NCBI GenBank assembly: GCA_041242255.1
Contig: JBESAV010000001.1
Location: 224,001 to 288,000 of the forward strand
Reading direction: 5' to 3'
Origin: Candidatus Altimarinota bacterium
GTDB lineage: Bacteria; Patescibacteriota; Gracilibacteria; UBA1369; GCA-2718715
Length of the DNA: 64,000 nt
In this document: in pieces, positions 1-9,827 of the stretch
Layout: every line of letters starts with the position of its first letter
Numbering within the stretch: position 1 is the first letter of the stretch
Notes under the pieces: model-generated
What the model saw: the letters and a program-made list of their open reading frames with translations, nothing else
Told to the model about the DNA's origin: nothing
Databases searched by the model: none
Made by a program: the position numbers and the translations under genes

Positions 1-74
1 TCTTCAGCAGGTGTACATCCAGTTAGTGCAACTAGACCTACAAGCATAAGAGCAGCAAGTAATCTTTTACTCAT
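1..74 (-). CDS. Partial gene (5' end) for a predicted lipoprotein
   Basis: Manual translation from ATG at 74 gives MSKRLLAALMLVGLVALTGCTPAE..., with a basic N-terminus, hydrophobic stretch and LTGC lipobox. It runs off the window edge. Confidence 0.7.
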   Translation of the reverse strand, partial: MSKRLLAALMLVGLVALTGCTPAE

Positions 75-171
75 TTTTAATTTGGTTAAATTTATTTTTT
101 TAATAACTAGATTAGTCATCTCTAGCAAGCTCTATTATTGTATAAACAGCTGATAAATCAACTTTTATTGG

Positions 172-729
172 TTATACTCTCTCGACATACTCGCCAGATT
201 CTGTGTTAACTCTAATTGAATCTCCCTTCTTTATAAACAATGGTACCTGTAAAACATACCCAGTATTCATAGTTGCTGGTTTACTTCCTCCAGCTGCAGT
301 ATCCCCTTTTACTCCCGGTTCTGTGTATTCTACAGTCAGCTCAACCTTTGGAGGAAGCATTACTCCAATTGGCTTATCTTCGAATGTTAAGACATCAACC
401 TCAGTATCATCTACTAAAAAGTTAACCTGATCTTCTAAGTCCTCGGCTGTAAAACTAAATTGTACAAAAGTTTCATTATCCATAAAGTGGTAAGATTCAC
501 CATCATTATAAAGGTACTGAGCTTTTTTATAACCAGTATCTGCCGGGGCAATCTTATCATTTCCTTGAAAAGTCTTAGGAATAATAACTCCAGTTATCAA
601 ATTTTTAAGTTTAGTTCTACAAACACCCCCAGCTCTTGCTTTTTTTGAGTGTTGTGCGTAGGTTATCAAATACGGTTCATCATCCAGTATTATCGCTTTA
701 CCTACTCTTAATTCACCTATTGAGTACAT
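172..729 (-). CDS. efp: Translation elongation factor P
   Basis: 185 aa with EF-P motifs TEPGVKGDTA, KPATMNTG, VPLFIKKG and GEYVER. Confidence 0.95.
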   Translation of the reverse strand: MYSIGELRVGKAIILDDEPYLITYAQHSKKARAGGVCRTKLKNLITGVIIPKTFQGNDKIAPADTGYKKAQYLYNDGESYHFMDNETFVQFSFTAEDLEDQVNFLVDDTEVDVLTFEDKPIGVMLPPKVELTVEYTEPGVKGDTAAGGSKPATMNTGYVLQVPLFIKKGDSIRVNTESGEYVERV

Positions 730-793
730 AAATAAAGTTTAAATTTCTTTAATACACAGGCATCATAATAATAACCCCAATTTAAAGCAAACA

Positions 794-2641
794 ATGTCCT
801 CAAAAATCCTTCAACTAAAACAAATACTCAAAACTCCCAATAACCAACTACTCATATTGTTATTTTTACTAAATCTAACAGTAGTTTTTGGTATAGGGTT
901 TAAAAATAGCGTAATTTCTTCAGTACTAATTCTAGTTTTTCTTCTTTCTCATAATCAAAAGTTTGAGTATAAAAAAGCCTTACCGTCATACTTACTGGTT
1001 GGTTTTCTAACAACCTTTATAATCAGCTTATTTTTCAGACAAACTCCATATGGATTCTTAGAGTTTTCCACTCTCGGATTAGGAGCACTCTTGTCTCTAT
1101 CTTTATCAAACTTTCAATTAATCACCAAAAAACTAACTAGCTTTTTATCGAATCTAACAGCACTTATCTCTATATATGCTACGACTACACTAGTTTTGCA
1201 AAGTCACGATAGAACTTTTGGGTTATTCCATGGAGCAGAGCAATTCACTTATTACCCAAATGCATTTGCAGATTTATTAATAGTGAGCATAACTCTCTCT
1301 GTCATTCATCTATTTCAGTCAAAAGCCAACTTAAAATACAATAAGCTACCTATTCTAGTGCTGTTTATAAACCTTATTGCCTTTTGGCTAACTTTTTCTA
1401 GATCAGCTTATTTAAGTTTAGCAGTTGCACTATTTTTTGGCTTCTTTGTATTGTTATTCCAAAAGAAAGAAACATTAATAAGTCTTTTGAAGAAAGGTGC
1501 TATGCTTTTATTGGTTTCACTTTTTGCTCTTTCAGCTTCTATGGTAGTAAGCCTAAATTCTGAATACTCATCAGATTTTATAGATAGAGTTCAAACCTCT
1601 GATCCAAGCTCTATCCAGTCGGCAACAGAAAGACCAAATATCTGGTCTGGAGCTATCTCAATCTTCCAAGGTTACCCAATCTTCGGTTCTGGTGCAGGAA
1701 GCTTTGAATACATGTATCCTCAATACCAAAAAGAGCTTTTAGCTAAAGCTCCACATGCACACAATCTATTCCTAAAGATATTATCAGAAAATGGATTAAT
1801 CACCTTTATCCCTTTCTTGTTACTTCTACTGGCAGCCTTTCACCCCAAAAATCTCAAGACTAGTTTACCAGTTTACATAGCATTTCTATCTTTAAATATA
1901 CATTTTCTGTTCGATTACAATCTAGACTTTCCCCTACTTGCCTCACTTTACTTCATATTGCTAGGACAACTTCTATATGATCAATCAAACATAAAATTTC
2001 AAAAAGACAAACTCTTAAAAATCACTGGTTTCTTACTGACAATAATCTTTATAGTGGTAACCATCTTACAAGCCTACGGCTACTACTATATTAAAAAAAT
2101 CGAAACAAGTTCCAGCCCAACTCCAACTTACTTAACTTTGGCTCAAATAGCACCTTTTAAGCATCAACTATACTCGTTAGATCATTACCCAGTAAAAACC
2201 ACAAAGTACCCAAATTTCCACCCTCAAAAATTCCTTCAAATATCTACCAGTTCATTATCAGATGTAACAATTGAGGATTACGAAAGTCTTCTAAACCTTG
2301 ACCCAAAAAACAACCTTAAATACTACCTATCATTCCTAAAATACTTACAATCTAACGATTCAACTGTTCTCATACAAAAAGAACCAGAGATATATGATCT
2401 TATTCAAAACTATATCACGCTACTTAACGTAAACGCCCATAACACCGTTGCAACTCAACAGCCCCAATTTGCCTACCAAATCACTGAGCTATACATAAAC
2501 CAAAATACACAAAACAATTGGCAAGATTTACAAAATCAATTAGTTTCTATTTATCAAGCTGAAAAAAATAAATTTCAAACCAGATTCAACTATCCCCTAC
2601 CAGAAATAAATGACCCAATTCAAAACACTACAGCAAGTTAG
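794..2641 (+). CDS. O-antigen ligase/Wzy_C family oligosaccharyltransferase-like membrane protein
   Basis: Many TM segments, with YPNAFA, TFSRSA, R-x-x-IW...PIFGSGAGSF and HAHNLFL motifs typical of the O-antigen ligase family. Confidence 0.8.
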   Translation: MSSKILQLKQILKTPNNQLLILLFLLNLTVVFGIGFKNSVISSVLILVFLLSHNQKFEYKKALPSYLLVGFLTTFIISLFFRQTPYGFLEFSTLGLGALLSLSLSNFQLITKKLTSFLSNLTALISIYATTTLVLQSHDRTFGLFHGAEQFTYYPNAFADLLIVSITLSVIHLFQSKANLKYNKLPILVLFINLIAFWLTFSRSAYLSLAVALFFGFFVLLFQKKETLISLLKKGAMLLLVSLFALSASMVVSLNSEYSSDFIDRVQTSDPSSIQSATERPNIWSGAISIFQGYPIFGSGAGSFEYMYPQYQKELLAKAPHAHNLFLKILSENGLITFIPFLLLLLAAFHPKNLKTSLPVYIAFLSLNIHFLFDYNLDFPLLASLYFILLGQLLYDQSNIKFQKDKLLKITGFLLTIIFIVVTILQAYGYYYIKKIETSSSPTPTYLTLAQIAPFKHQLYSLDHYPVKTTKYPNFHPQKFLQISTSSLSDVTIEDYESLLNLDPKNNLKYYLSFLKYLQSNDSTVLIQKEPEIYDLIQNYITLLNVNAHNTVATQQPQFAYQITELYINQNTQNNWQDLQNQLVSIYQAEKNKFQTRFNYPLPEINDPIQNTTAS

Positions 2642-3182
2642 ACAAGAAATGCTCCGGTTACCTCAGGAAAATTTTTGGCCAGTCGGACCAGAATCAGGGC
2701 AATTTCTAAAAGAAAAAGTAAAAATAGTTAAACCAAGAAAAGTCCTAGAGCTAGGTACATCATCAGGGTACTCGACTACATGGTTAATCGAAGCTATCCA
2801 AGAACTTAAGCCTCAACAACCCACCAATTTAATCACTATAGAGTCAAACCAAGCTCGGTATGACCTAGCTCAAAAGTATTTTTCACAAATAGACCTATCA
2901 CATATAAAGTTAAATCAGATCAGGCATCATGCTCCAGAGGTATTTGAAGAGATTGATTTATCTAACCTTGATTTCATATTTTGTGATGCCATCAAAAAAC
3001 AAACCTTAGACTTGTATCAAACCTTAAGGCCAAATATGACCCCAGGGTCTTTGTTTATAGCTGATAACGTTATCTCACATAGAGATAGTATGTTAGATCT
3101 ATTCACATATCTTGAAGAAAACCAAATAGAACACAAGGTTCATGACATTGGTGCTGGGTTAATAGTCATCCCCTATCAGTAA
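2610..3182 (+). CDS. Class I SAM-dependent O-methyltransferase
   Basis: VLELGTSSGYST SAM-binding motif, DFIFCDA and ADNV. Confidence 0.85.
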   Translation: MTQFKTLQQVRQEMLRLPQENFWPVGPESGQFLKEKVKIVKPRKVLELGTSSGYSTTWLIEAIQELKPQQPTNLITIESNQARYDLAQKYFSQIDLSHIKLNQIRHHAPEVFEEIDLSNLDFIFCDAIKKQTLDLYQTLRPNMTPGSLFIADNVISHRDSMLDLFTYLEENQIEHKVHDIGAGLIVIPYQ

Positions 3183-4315
3183 GTCCATTCATAGAAGTAC
3201 TCTCCATCTACACTCCCTCCTATCGACCTAGTTGCATATTGTTCTAGCCATGGCCTGTATTCTTCTTCACCTAAGAAGTAAGGCTGGCTTGAGTTTGATC
3301 TTAGAGGCAGCAAGCGCACTCCAAGCCTATCTAACTCATACTTTCCACCTAAAAGGGCATATGGGTCAGCTGAGAACTTAAATTCACTATCAAAATCTTT
3401 AAACTCTAAAACAAGCTCAACCGCCAAGCCCTCTTGTGTATCTTGTGAAAAATACTGATCAAACACAAAATTACCTAAAGAATAAAAAATTGGCTTTCCT
3501 TTATAAACCTCCATCTCTTGTACCACATGAGGGTGATGTCCTATTACCAAGTCAGCACCTGCGTCAATTGCAGCCCTAGCAATTTCTTTCTGAATAGCAC
3601 TACTTGTAAGTATATATTCAGGGCCAAAGTGAAAGTTAGCAATATTCACTGCATTTGGCATAGCCTCAACCACTGAACTAACACTATCCTTCATAGCTTC
3701 TATATCAAAATTAGGGTTAGTCGCCTGATGATAACCCAAAAGGTTAATATCTACGCCGTCAGCATTAATAGTGTGAATATACTTATTATCATACTCTTGA
3801 GGGTGACCAAACCATTCAATCCCATTCTCAGATAAGATATTGGTCATCCCCATAAATCGATCACTTCCCTTATCGTATGTATGATTATTTGATAAGTTTA
3901 CAATTCCAATATTATGGCGATCAAAAGTACTCAAGACTTTCTCATCAAAAGAAAAGTTAGTCGTGTTATCAGGTGTTTGAACGTGTTCAGCACTCCTTAA
4001 GACTGGACCTTCCAAATTAATAATAACCTCATCCGCAAGATTTAATCTTCCAGATACACTTTCAAATGGATAATCAAGCCCATTTCGATTCATTAGTGTC
4101 TCCACATATCTTCCCAGCATAACATCACCTGTAAAAATGATATTAATATCTTTCCTATTTCGCTTCCAAACAGGAACATCCACTTCTACACTTGAGGCTG
4201 TAAGGTCATCTATTCTTGTACTATTTATATCTTCACTTATAACATCAGAAGAACCATAGCAGCCAGTCAGTAAAACGATACCAAGCATAGCCACTACAAT
4301 TCTTCCAATTTTCAT
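3176..4315 (-). CDS. CapA-family metallophosphoesterase lipoprotein (PGA_cap)
   Basis: GDVMLGR, NLEG, NNHTYD, GHHPHV and YSLGNFVFDQ motifs, with an LLTGC lipobox. Confidence 0.9.
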   Translation of the reverse strand: MKIGRIVVAMLGIVLLTGCYGSSDVISEDINSTRIDDLTASSVEVDVPVWKRNRKDINIIFTGDVMLGRYVETLMNRNGLDYPFESVSGRLNLADEVIINLEGPVLRSAEHVQTPDNTTNFSFDEKVLSTFDRHNIGIVNLSNNHTYDKGSDRFMGMTNILSENGIEWFGHPQEYDNKYIHTINADGVDINLLGYHQATNPNFDIEAMKDSVSSVVEAMPNAVNIANFHFGPEYILTSSAIQKEIARAAIDAGADLVIGHHPHVVQEMEVYKGKPIFYSLGNFVFDQYFSQDTQEGLAVELVLEFKDFDSEFKFSADPYALLGGKYELDRLGVRLLPLRSNSSQPYFLGEEEYRPWLEQYATRSIGGSVDGEYFYEWTY

Positions 4316-4323
4316 ATAAAATA

Positions 4324-7281
4324 TTATTCAATAACTATCGAACCAGGACTTTGATCAAAATCAATAATTGGATCTACCCCACTAGTGATATCATCACTAA
4401 CCTGTTGGTCTTCATCGTTTGAATCTTCAGAGTTATTACCCCCACCAGTAGTGTCCAAGAAGTCAGACAATGAAGGTTTATTTTTACCTTCACCAACATA
4501 AACCTGGATACTATCTTCTTCTACATAACCATATTTATCGTAAAGCACTACTCGAATAGTCAACTCTCTTCCTTCAGGGAAAGCCGGAGATATTCTTACA
4601 TTACCATTGTAGCTTCCTCCTACAGATTCCTGGTAAGTATACTGAACACTGTCATTTAGGTAGTATTCAATTTTCTCAATTCCAGATGCAGCGCTTGCTG
4701 AAACCTCAACTGGCTGGGCTCCAGTTGGAACACCATCACCGTCGCTTAAGTTTGTAATTTCAATAGATCTAGATCTTTCATATAAACTTCTCTTACAATT
4801 ATCACTTAACTCATCAATAGGGAATCCTATCACTACATTCTCCCCTAGGTTCAATTCATTTCTACCAGCTTCATCAAGACCATTAAACCAAGCCAGAATT
4901 TCATTATGCCTTTGGCTTTGAATTCCTTCAGGTGAATACTTTTCAGATTCGGTATGCTTCCAGAAAGTAACTTCTTTTACATATAGTGTCGGACAGTATT
5001 GATTAGTAGATTTATTATTTCTGACATCAACTGTTGCCTTAAAATAAGAACTATCCACTGTAGTCGGTTCCGCGTTAGGCATAAAGAAGTCTTCAGCTGT
5101 CATGTTAGCTGGAGTGCTTGATGATGGAAGGTCTCCTGATAATTTACTAAACCTGTAACTCTGTATAGTTGCCGGCTTCTCAAATCCTACTACAGAATCA
5201 TCTTTAGTAGCTTCAACCATGAATGAATTCCAAATAGGCATTGCAGCTCCATAACCAGTCCCGTTAGCTGCGATTTCATCACCATTAGTGTTACCTACCC
5301 ATACAGCTGTCAGCTTTTGCTTTGTGTATCCAACAGTCCATAGGTCTGACGGGTTTCCGTTAGACTTAGTACTTGTACCAGTTTTTGTTGCAACAGGTCT
5401 GTTTCCAGGTAAAGCTTGTAAGTCTCCAAAGTTAACACTTTGGTCAGATAAAATATTATTTATCATAAACGCCTCTTCAGGGGTAATAACTTCCTCCGCG
5501 TTAGCAAGTAAGTTATTACGTTCAGTATTATCTTCTAGAACTTCTCCACTACTAGTTTCAACTTTCAGTATAGGGTTAATTTCCACAAGTTTACCTTCAT
5601 TTGGGAAAACTGAGTACGCTTGTACCAATTCGATCATAGGTATAGACGCTGAACCAAGAGCTAAAGAATCACCATAGTCATAATCTGGATCTAGTGAAGT
5701 TATACCCATCTTTTCAACATACTCAATAATCTGTTCTTGCCCTCCAGCTACTGTATACATTTTTAGCGCAGGAATGTTTCTAGATTGAGCTAATGCAGTT
5801 CTTATCGAGATTGGCCCCATAAACTTTCCATCAAAGTTATTTCTAAACTTACCTCCTACTGCTTTCATTGGGACATCAAATATAGTACTTCCAGGAGAAG
5901 GTAGTCCATTCGCAAATCCAGCAGAATAAACCAGTGGCTTCATTGTAGAACCAACTTGCTTTGGGCTAGTCGTAATATTGTTATAATCAGTCAGAACCCC
6001 ATCTTTTTGTGAGTTACCTACCATCGCTAGGACTTCACCAGTAGTTGGGTCAACAGTAAGTAGAGATGCATTATTAGCTGAGAATCTTGATTCGTAAGTA
6101 GCACTCCTTTCATTTACAATATTCTGAGCAGTGCTCTGTAGCCCACTATTAAGAGTTGTTGTTACTTTCAACCCTCCATTCTCAACTAAATCTTTACCAT
6201 ACTTTTCTTCTAGTAATCCTTTCACATACATTACAAAGTGATACGAGTCTTTCAAAGGTGGCGTATATTCATGAAATTCATAATTCATAGCTTGGGCAAC
6301 TGCCTCATCTTTTTCTTCTTCGGTTATAAAATTCAAGTTTTCCATTCTAACCAAAACACTATCAACTCTCCCGGGAATGTATAAAGTGCTTCCATCAGCT
6401 AGTGTGAACTCTTTTCCAAGCAACCCAATTGTGTATTCAGAATCTTCTAAGTCCCCTGCATCATCTATCTTTTCAGCCTCCTCAGGTGTAAACTCTACAT
6501 TTAAAGATGAATGTTTATTATCTCCATATGGAGAGTAAAAAGTCGGTGCATTTGGAAGACTCGCCAGAATTGCAGCTTCAACAGTACCTAATTCAGTAGT
6601 TTCTTTATTAAAGAAAATATTCGAAGCTTTTTGAATTCCATAGGCAGTACCACCATAAGGAACTCTATTCAAATACATTGTTATAATCTGGTCTTTATTA
6701 TAATGCTTTTCAAGTTGTACAGCTAATACCAGCTCTTGAAGTTTACGAGTATAAGTTCTTTGTGAGCTAAGAACCGCGTTTTTTATAAACTGTTGTGTGA
6801 TAGTAGATCCACCTCTTCTTTTACCTATACCAACCTCTGAAAGCACAGCTTTTACAAGAGCTGGCACATCAAAACCATTATGGCTATAAAACTTATCATC
6901 CTCGATAGCCACTGTTGCTAGTTTTACAACGTCAGGAATATTCTCACTCTTAACCACCTCTCTATCCTCTTCGGCATACACTGTATGTAGAACTTTACCA
7001 TCTCTATCGTATATAACAGTCGATTCCGTTCCAGTAATATTCTCTGCATCGCTAACATCTGGCAAAGTTAATGAGAAAATTACAGCAAAAAACACAATTA
7101 CTGCCACACCTATAGTCCCAATAGCAAAAGCGCTCAGGATAATTCTCTCTCTCAATGTTCTTGTGTGTAATTCTAATATCTCAATAAAGCTTTTCTTTCT
7201 TCGGCTTGATCTTGAAGGTTTCTTGTAGCTTCCTCCAAAATTACTTCTAATTTTATTGTTTCTTTTTTTTCTTCTGCCCAT
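4324..7281 (-). CDS. Class A penicillin-binding protein (transglycosylase/transpeptidase) with C-terminal Ig-like domain
   Basis: Transglycosylase motifs EDDKFYSH, GGSTITQQ and RKLQE; transpeptidase motifs STMK, SRN and KTGT. The start is more likely ATG at 7281 (MGRRKK) than the ORF-track start at 7365. Confidence 0.92.
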   Translation of the reverse strand: MGRRKKRNNKIRSNFGGSYKKPSRSSRRKKSFIEILELHTRTLRERIILSAFAIGTIGVAVIVFFAVIFSLTLPDVSDAENITGTESTVIYDRDGKVLHTVYAEEDREVVKSENIPDVVKLATVAIEDDKFYSHNGFDVPALVKAVLSEVGIGKRRGGSTITQQFIKNAVLSSQRTYTRKLQELVLAVQLEKHYNKDQIITMYLNRVPYGGTAYGIQKASNIFFNKETTELGTVEAAILASLPNAPTFYSPYGDNKHSSLNVEFTPEEAEKIDDAGDLEDSEYTIGLLGKEFTLADGSTLYIPGRVDSVLVRMENLNFITEEEKDEAVAQAMNYEFHEYTPPLKDSYHFVMYVKGLLEEKYGKDLVENGGLKVTTTLNSGLQSTAQNIVNERSATYESRFSANNASLLTVDPTTGEVLAMVGNSQKDGVLTDYNNITTSPKQVGSTMKPLVYSAGFANGLPSPGSTIFDVPMKAVGGKFRNNFDGKFMGPISIRTALAQSRNIPALKMYTVAGGQEQIIEYVEKMGITSLDPDYDYGDSLALGSASIPMIELVQAYSVFPNEGKLVEINPILKVETSSGEVLEDNTERNNLLANAEEVITPEEAFMINNILSDQSVNFGDLQALPGNRPVATKTGTSTKSNGNPSDLWTVGYTKQKLTAVWVGNTNGDEIAANGTGYGAAMPIWNSFMVEATKDDSVVGFEKPATIQSYRFSKLSGDLPSSSTPANMTAEDFFMPNAEPTTVDSSYFKATVDVRNNKSTNQYCPTLYVKEVTFWKHTESEKYSPEGIQSQRHNEILAWFNGLDEAGRNELNLGENVVIGFPIDELSDNCKRSLYERSRSIEITNLSDGDGVPTGAQPVEVSASAASGIEKIEYYLNDSVQYTYQESVGGSYNGNVRISPAFPEGRELTIRVVLYDKYGYVEEDSIQVYVGEGKNKPSLSDFLDTTGGGNNSEDSNDEDQQVSDDITSGVDPIIDFDQSPGSIVIE

Positions 7282-7414
7282 ATAAAAATTTAAATCATTG
7301 GACGCGAAAATTTTACATAAATAAGCGAAAAATGCAAATTTCGCACCCTCTTCAGATATTGTCAATTGCCTCTATTTTGATATCATTACGCTACAAACTT
7401 TCAATGAAACCGTA

Positions 7415-8086
7415 ATGCAATCAATTTTATTCATTATATCAATACTTTGTTTTTTACTTTCTCTGTATGCTCAGCAGCGAGTAGGTAAGGTTATTCAAAA
7501 GAACCACAGTGCTGTCTCATCCTCTAGCCTAAGCGGAGCAGAGGTAGCCAGACAAATCCTAAATGCCAATAACATTGCAGGTGTACCAGTTAAACAAACC
7601 CCTGGAAATCTAACTGACAACTACAATCCTCTTTCCAAAGAGGTGTCTTTGTCTACTCATATATACTCCCGAAATAGTATTTCTGCGATTGCAGTGGCTG
7701 CTCATGAAGTAGGACACGCTATTCAACACAATCAAAGCTATCCTTTCTTAGTCATGAGAACAGCTCTATATCCACTTATGAGTTTCACCTCCAAAGCTTT
7801 CCCAGTTCTACTTATATTATCTTTGATTTTTCAGTTAACATCCTTATTTCAAGTAGCAATAGGCTTTTACGCAGTTTCGGTTTTCTTTGCGATAGTCACT
7901 CTGCCAGTTGAGTTTGATGCATCTAAAAGAGCCTTAGTTCAATTGCAACAATTAGATATAGTAACTGCATCAGAATTACCTCAAGTGAAAAAAGTCTTAA
8001 ACGCCGCTGCAATGACCTACGTTGCTGCTGCCTTAATATCTATAGTGGAATTATTAAGGTTTATAATGTATTTTAGATCCGAATAA
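7415..8086 (+). CDS. Membrane zinc metallopeptidase (YugP/Zn_peptidase_2 family)
   Basis: LTDNYNP, AAHEVGHAIQ, TLPVEFDASKRA and AAMTYVAA motifs. Confidence 0.9.
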   Translation: MQSILFIISILCFLLSLYAQQRVGKVIQKNHSAVSSSSLSGAEVARQILNANNIAGVPVKQTPGNLTDNYNPLSKEVSLSTHIYSRNSISAIAVAAHEVGHAIQHNQSYPFLVMRTALYPLMSFTSKAFPVLLILSLIFQLTSLFQVAIGFYAVSVFFAIVTLPVEFDASKRALVQLQQLDIVTASELPQVKKVLNAAAMTYVAAALISIVELLRFIMYFRSE

Positions 8087-8093
8087 ACTACCT

Positions 8094-9614
8094 ATGACTA
8101 CATATATATCAATAATTATTTTCGGAATTTTGTTTGGAGGCCTTGGGTCTTACTTTGTAGTAAAGTCAGCCAAGAATAAGTTAAACAAACAAAAAGAAAG
8201 CATACTTCAAAAAGCTAAGACACAGGTATCAGAAATAAAAAATGAAGCCCAATCAGACATAAAATATCAAGAGTCAGTTATAGCTGATCTAGATAAGGAG
8301 TTTCAGTCTTTTATCCCAGTCCTAGAGGACAAGATTGATAAAAAACAAAACTTCCTTAAAAAAAGAGAGTCTAAGCTTTCCCAGATAAATCACAAAATTT
8401 CAGAATCTAAAGACTCAATATCCAAAACAGAGGAAAGTCTAAAAGACATAACCTCAGATACTTTAAGTAAATTAAGTCAAAAAGCAGAGAAGTCCGTAGA
8501 TGAAACAAAGGAATCTATAAAGTCAGATTTAAAAAATGAATTTCAAAAGTTTTATGCCAAAGAAATTCAATCCTATGCAAATCACATTTCTGATATATCT
8601 GTAAAAAAAGCTCAGGAGGACTTAAAGGTAATTATGCAAAAGTACACTGAACCATCTTCCACAGATCGTTTAGATAAGCATTTCGAGTTACTAAGCCCAA
8701 AAGAAGCCTTGAGATTAGCTGGACCTGACTCAACTAACTTTAAATACATTAAAGACAAGTTAGATGTAGATATTGAGATAGATGAGGTGGAGCCTAATGT
8801 TGTCAGAGTATCTGGTTTCATTCTATGGAAACAAGAGATCGCTAAGTTGACACTCGATAAGCTTACTAAGCTATCTCACATAGATCAGCCAATCATAGAT
8901 AAAGTCATCCAACAGTCTACCGACGAAATGAACCAGCACCTCGAGTCCATTGGTAAAGATGTTGCTAAAGAGATACAGTTAGAGAGTCCATCAAAAGAGT
9001 TATTGAATATTCTAGGGAGATTGCAATACAGAACCAGTTACGGTCAAAATATACTTTTCCATTCTTTCGAAGTAGCTTACTTCTCTCAAATCATTGCCAA
9101 CATGCTAGGTGAAGATCCAAGAGTAGCTTTCCTTGCAGGTTTCTTTCATGACGTAGGAAAAGCAATAGATCAAGAACAAGAAGGAACACATGACTTACTA
9201 GGTAAAGAATTCTTAGAGTCTCAAGGGTTTGACTATGAGATATACCACCCTGCTCACTCACATCACTACTTAGTACCAGTAGAAACAACTATTGGAGAAA
9301 TAGTAATTATAGCCGATAAAATCTCTGCAGGAAGACCAGGAGCTCGTGCCGAATCAGCTGAAATGTATTATGAAAGAGTTAAAGGTCTAGAGAGAATTGC
9401 TGCAGAGTACGAAGGAGTCAAAAAAGCTTATGCTATTTCAGCAGGACGTGAGATCAGAACTTTCTTAGATGAAAACAAAGTTTCTGACAAGGATATGGAT
9501 AAATTAGCTCAAACTATAGCTCATCAAGTTGAATCCGAGTTAACCTACCCAGGTCAAATCAAGGTAAACCTCATCCGCACAGTCCAATCATCAGATTACG
9601 CCAATAAAAAATAA
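8094..9614 (+). CDS. rny: RNase Y family endoribonuclease (TM, coiled coil, KH-like, HD)
   Basis: GRLQYRTSYGQN, HDVGKA, ADKISAGRPGAR, AISAGREIR and YPGQIKV motifs. Confidence 0.88.
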   Translation: MTTYISIIIFGILFGGLGSYFVVKSAKNKLNKQKESILQKAKTQVSEIKNEAQSDIKYQESVIADLDKEFQSFIPVLEDKIDKKQNFLKKRESKLSQINHKISESKDSISKTEESLKDITSDTLSKLSQKAEKSVDETKESIKSDLKNEFQKFYAKEIQSYANHISDISVKKAQEDLKVIMQKYTEPSSTDRLDKHFELLSPKEALRLAGPDSTNFKYIKDKLDVDIEIDEVEPNVVRVSGFILWKQEIAKLTLDKLTKLSHIDQPIIDKVIQQSTDEMNQHLESIGKDVAKEIQLESPSKELLNILGRLQYRTSYGQNILFHSFEVAYFSQIIANMLGEDPRVAFLAGFFHDVGKAIDQEQEGTHDLLGKEFLESQGFDYEIYHPAHSHHYLVPVETTIGEIVIIADKISAGRPGARAESAEMYYERVKGLERIAAEYEGVKKAYAISAGREIRTFLDENKVSDKDMDKLAQTIAHQVESELTYPGQIKVNLIRTVQSSDYANKK

Positions 9615-9615
9615 T

Positions 9616-9774
9616 ATGTTCAAACGAAAAAAGAAAAAACGTATCATAGAAAAAATCCTTATGGGGGCAGTTCTAGGTGCAGCTGTTGGATCAGTTGTAG
9701 GAGCAACTTCTAAAAGAAAAGAGAAAGAAAAACAAAAAAAGAAGTCTTTTTTCTCTAGAATATTTAAACGATAG
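9616..9774 (+). CDS. Small basic membrane protein (52 aa, glycine-zipper/YtxH-like), absent from the ORF track
   Basis: MFKRKKKKRIIEKILMGAVLGAAVGSVVGATSKRKEKEKQKKKSFFSRIFKR*. It starts 1 nt after the rny stop and has a GxxxGxxxG helix. Confidence 0.7.
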   Translation: MFKRKKKKRIIEKILMGAVLGAAVGSVVGATSKRKEKEKQKKKSFFSRIFKR

Positions 9775-9827
9775 TTGACGATTTTCTATCTTTGTTTTAT
9801 AAATAGCTAAAATAAATAGTAAGCAAA

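Noticed and set aside
203-648. Short ORFs antisense to efp, and the many similar 60-130 aa ORFs inside larger genes
   Set aside because: They lie within well-supported genes on the opposite strand or in another frame and show no protein motifs.
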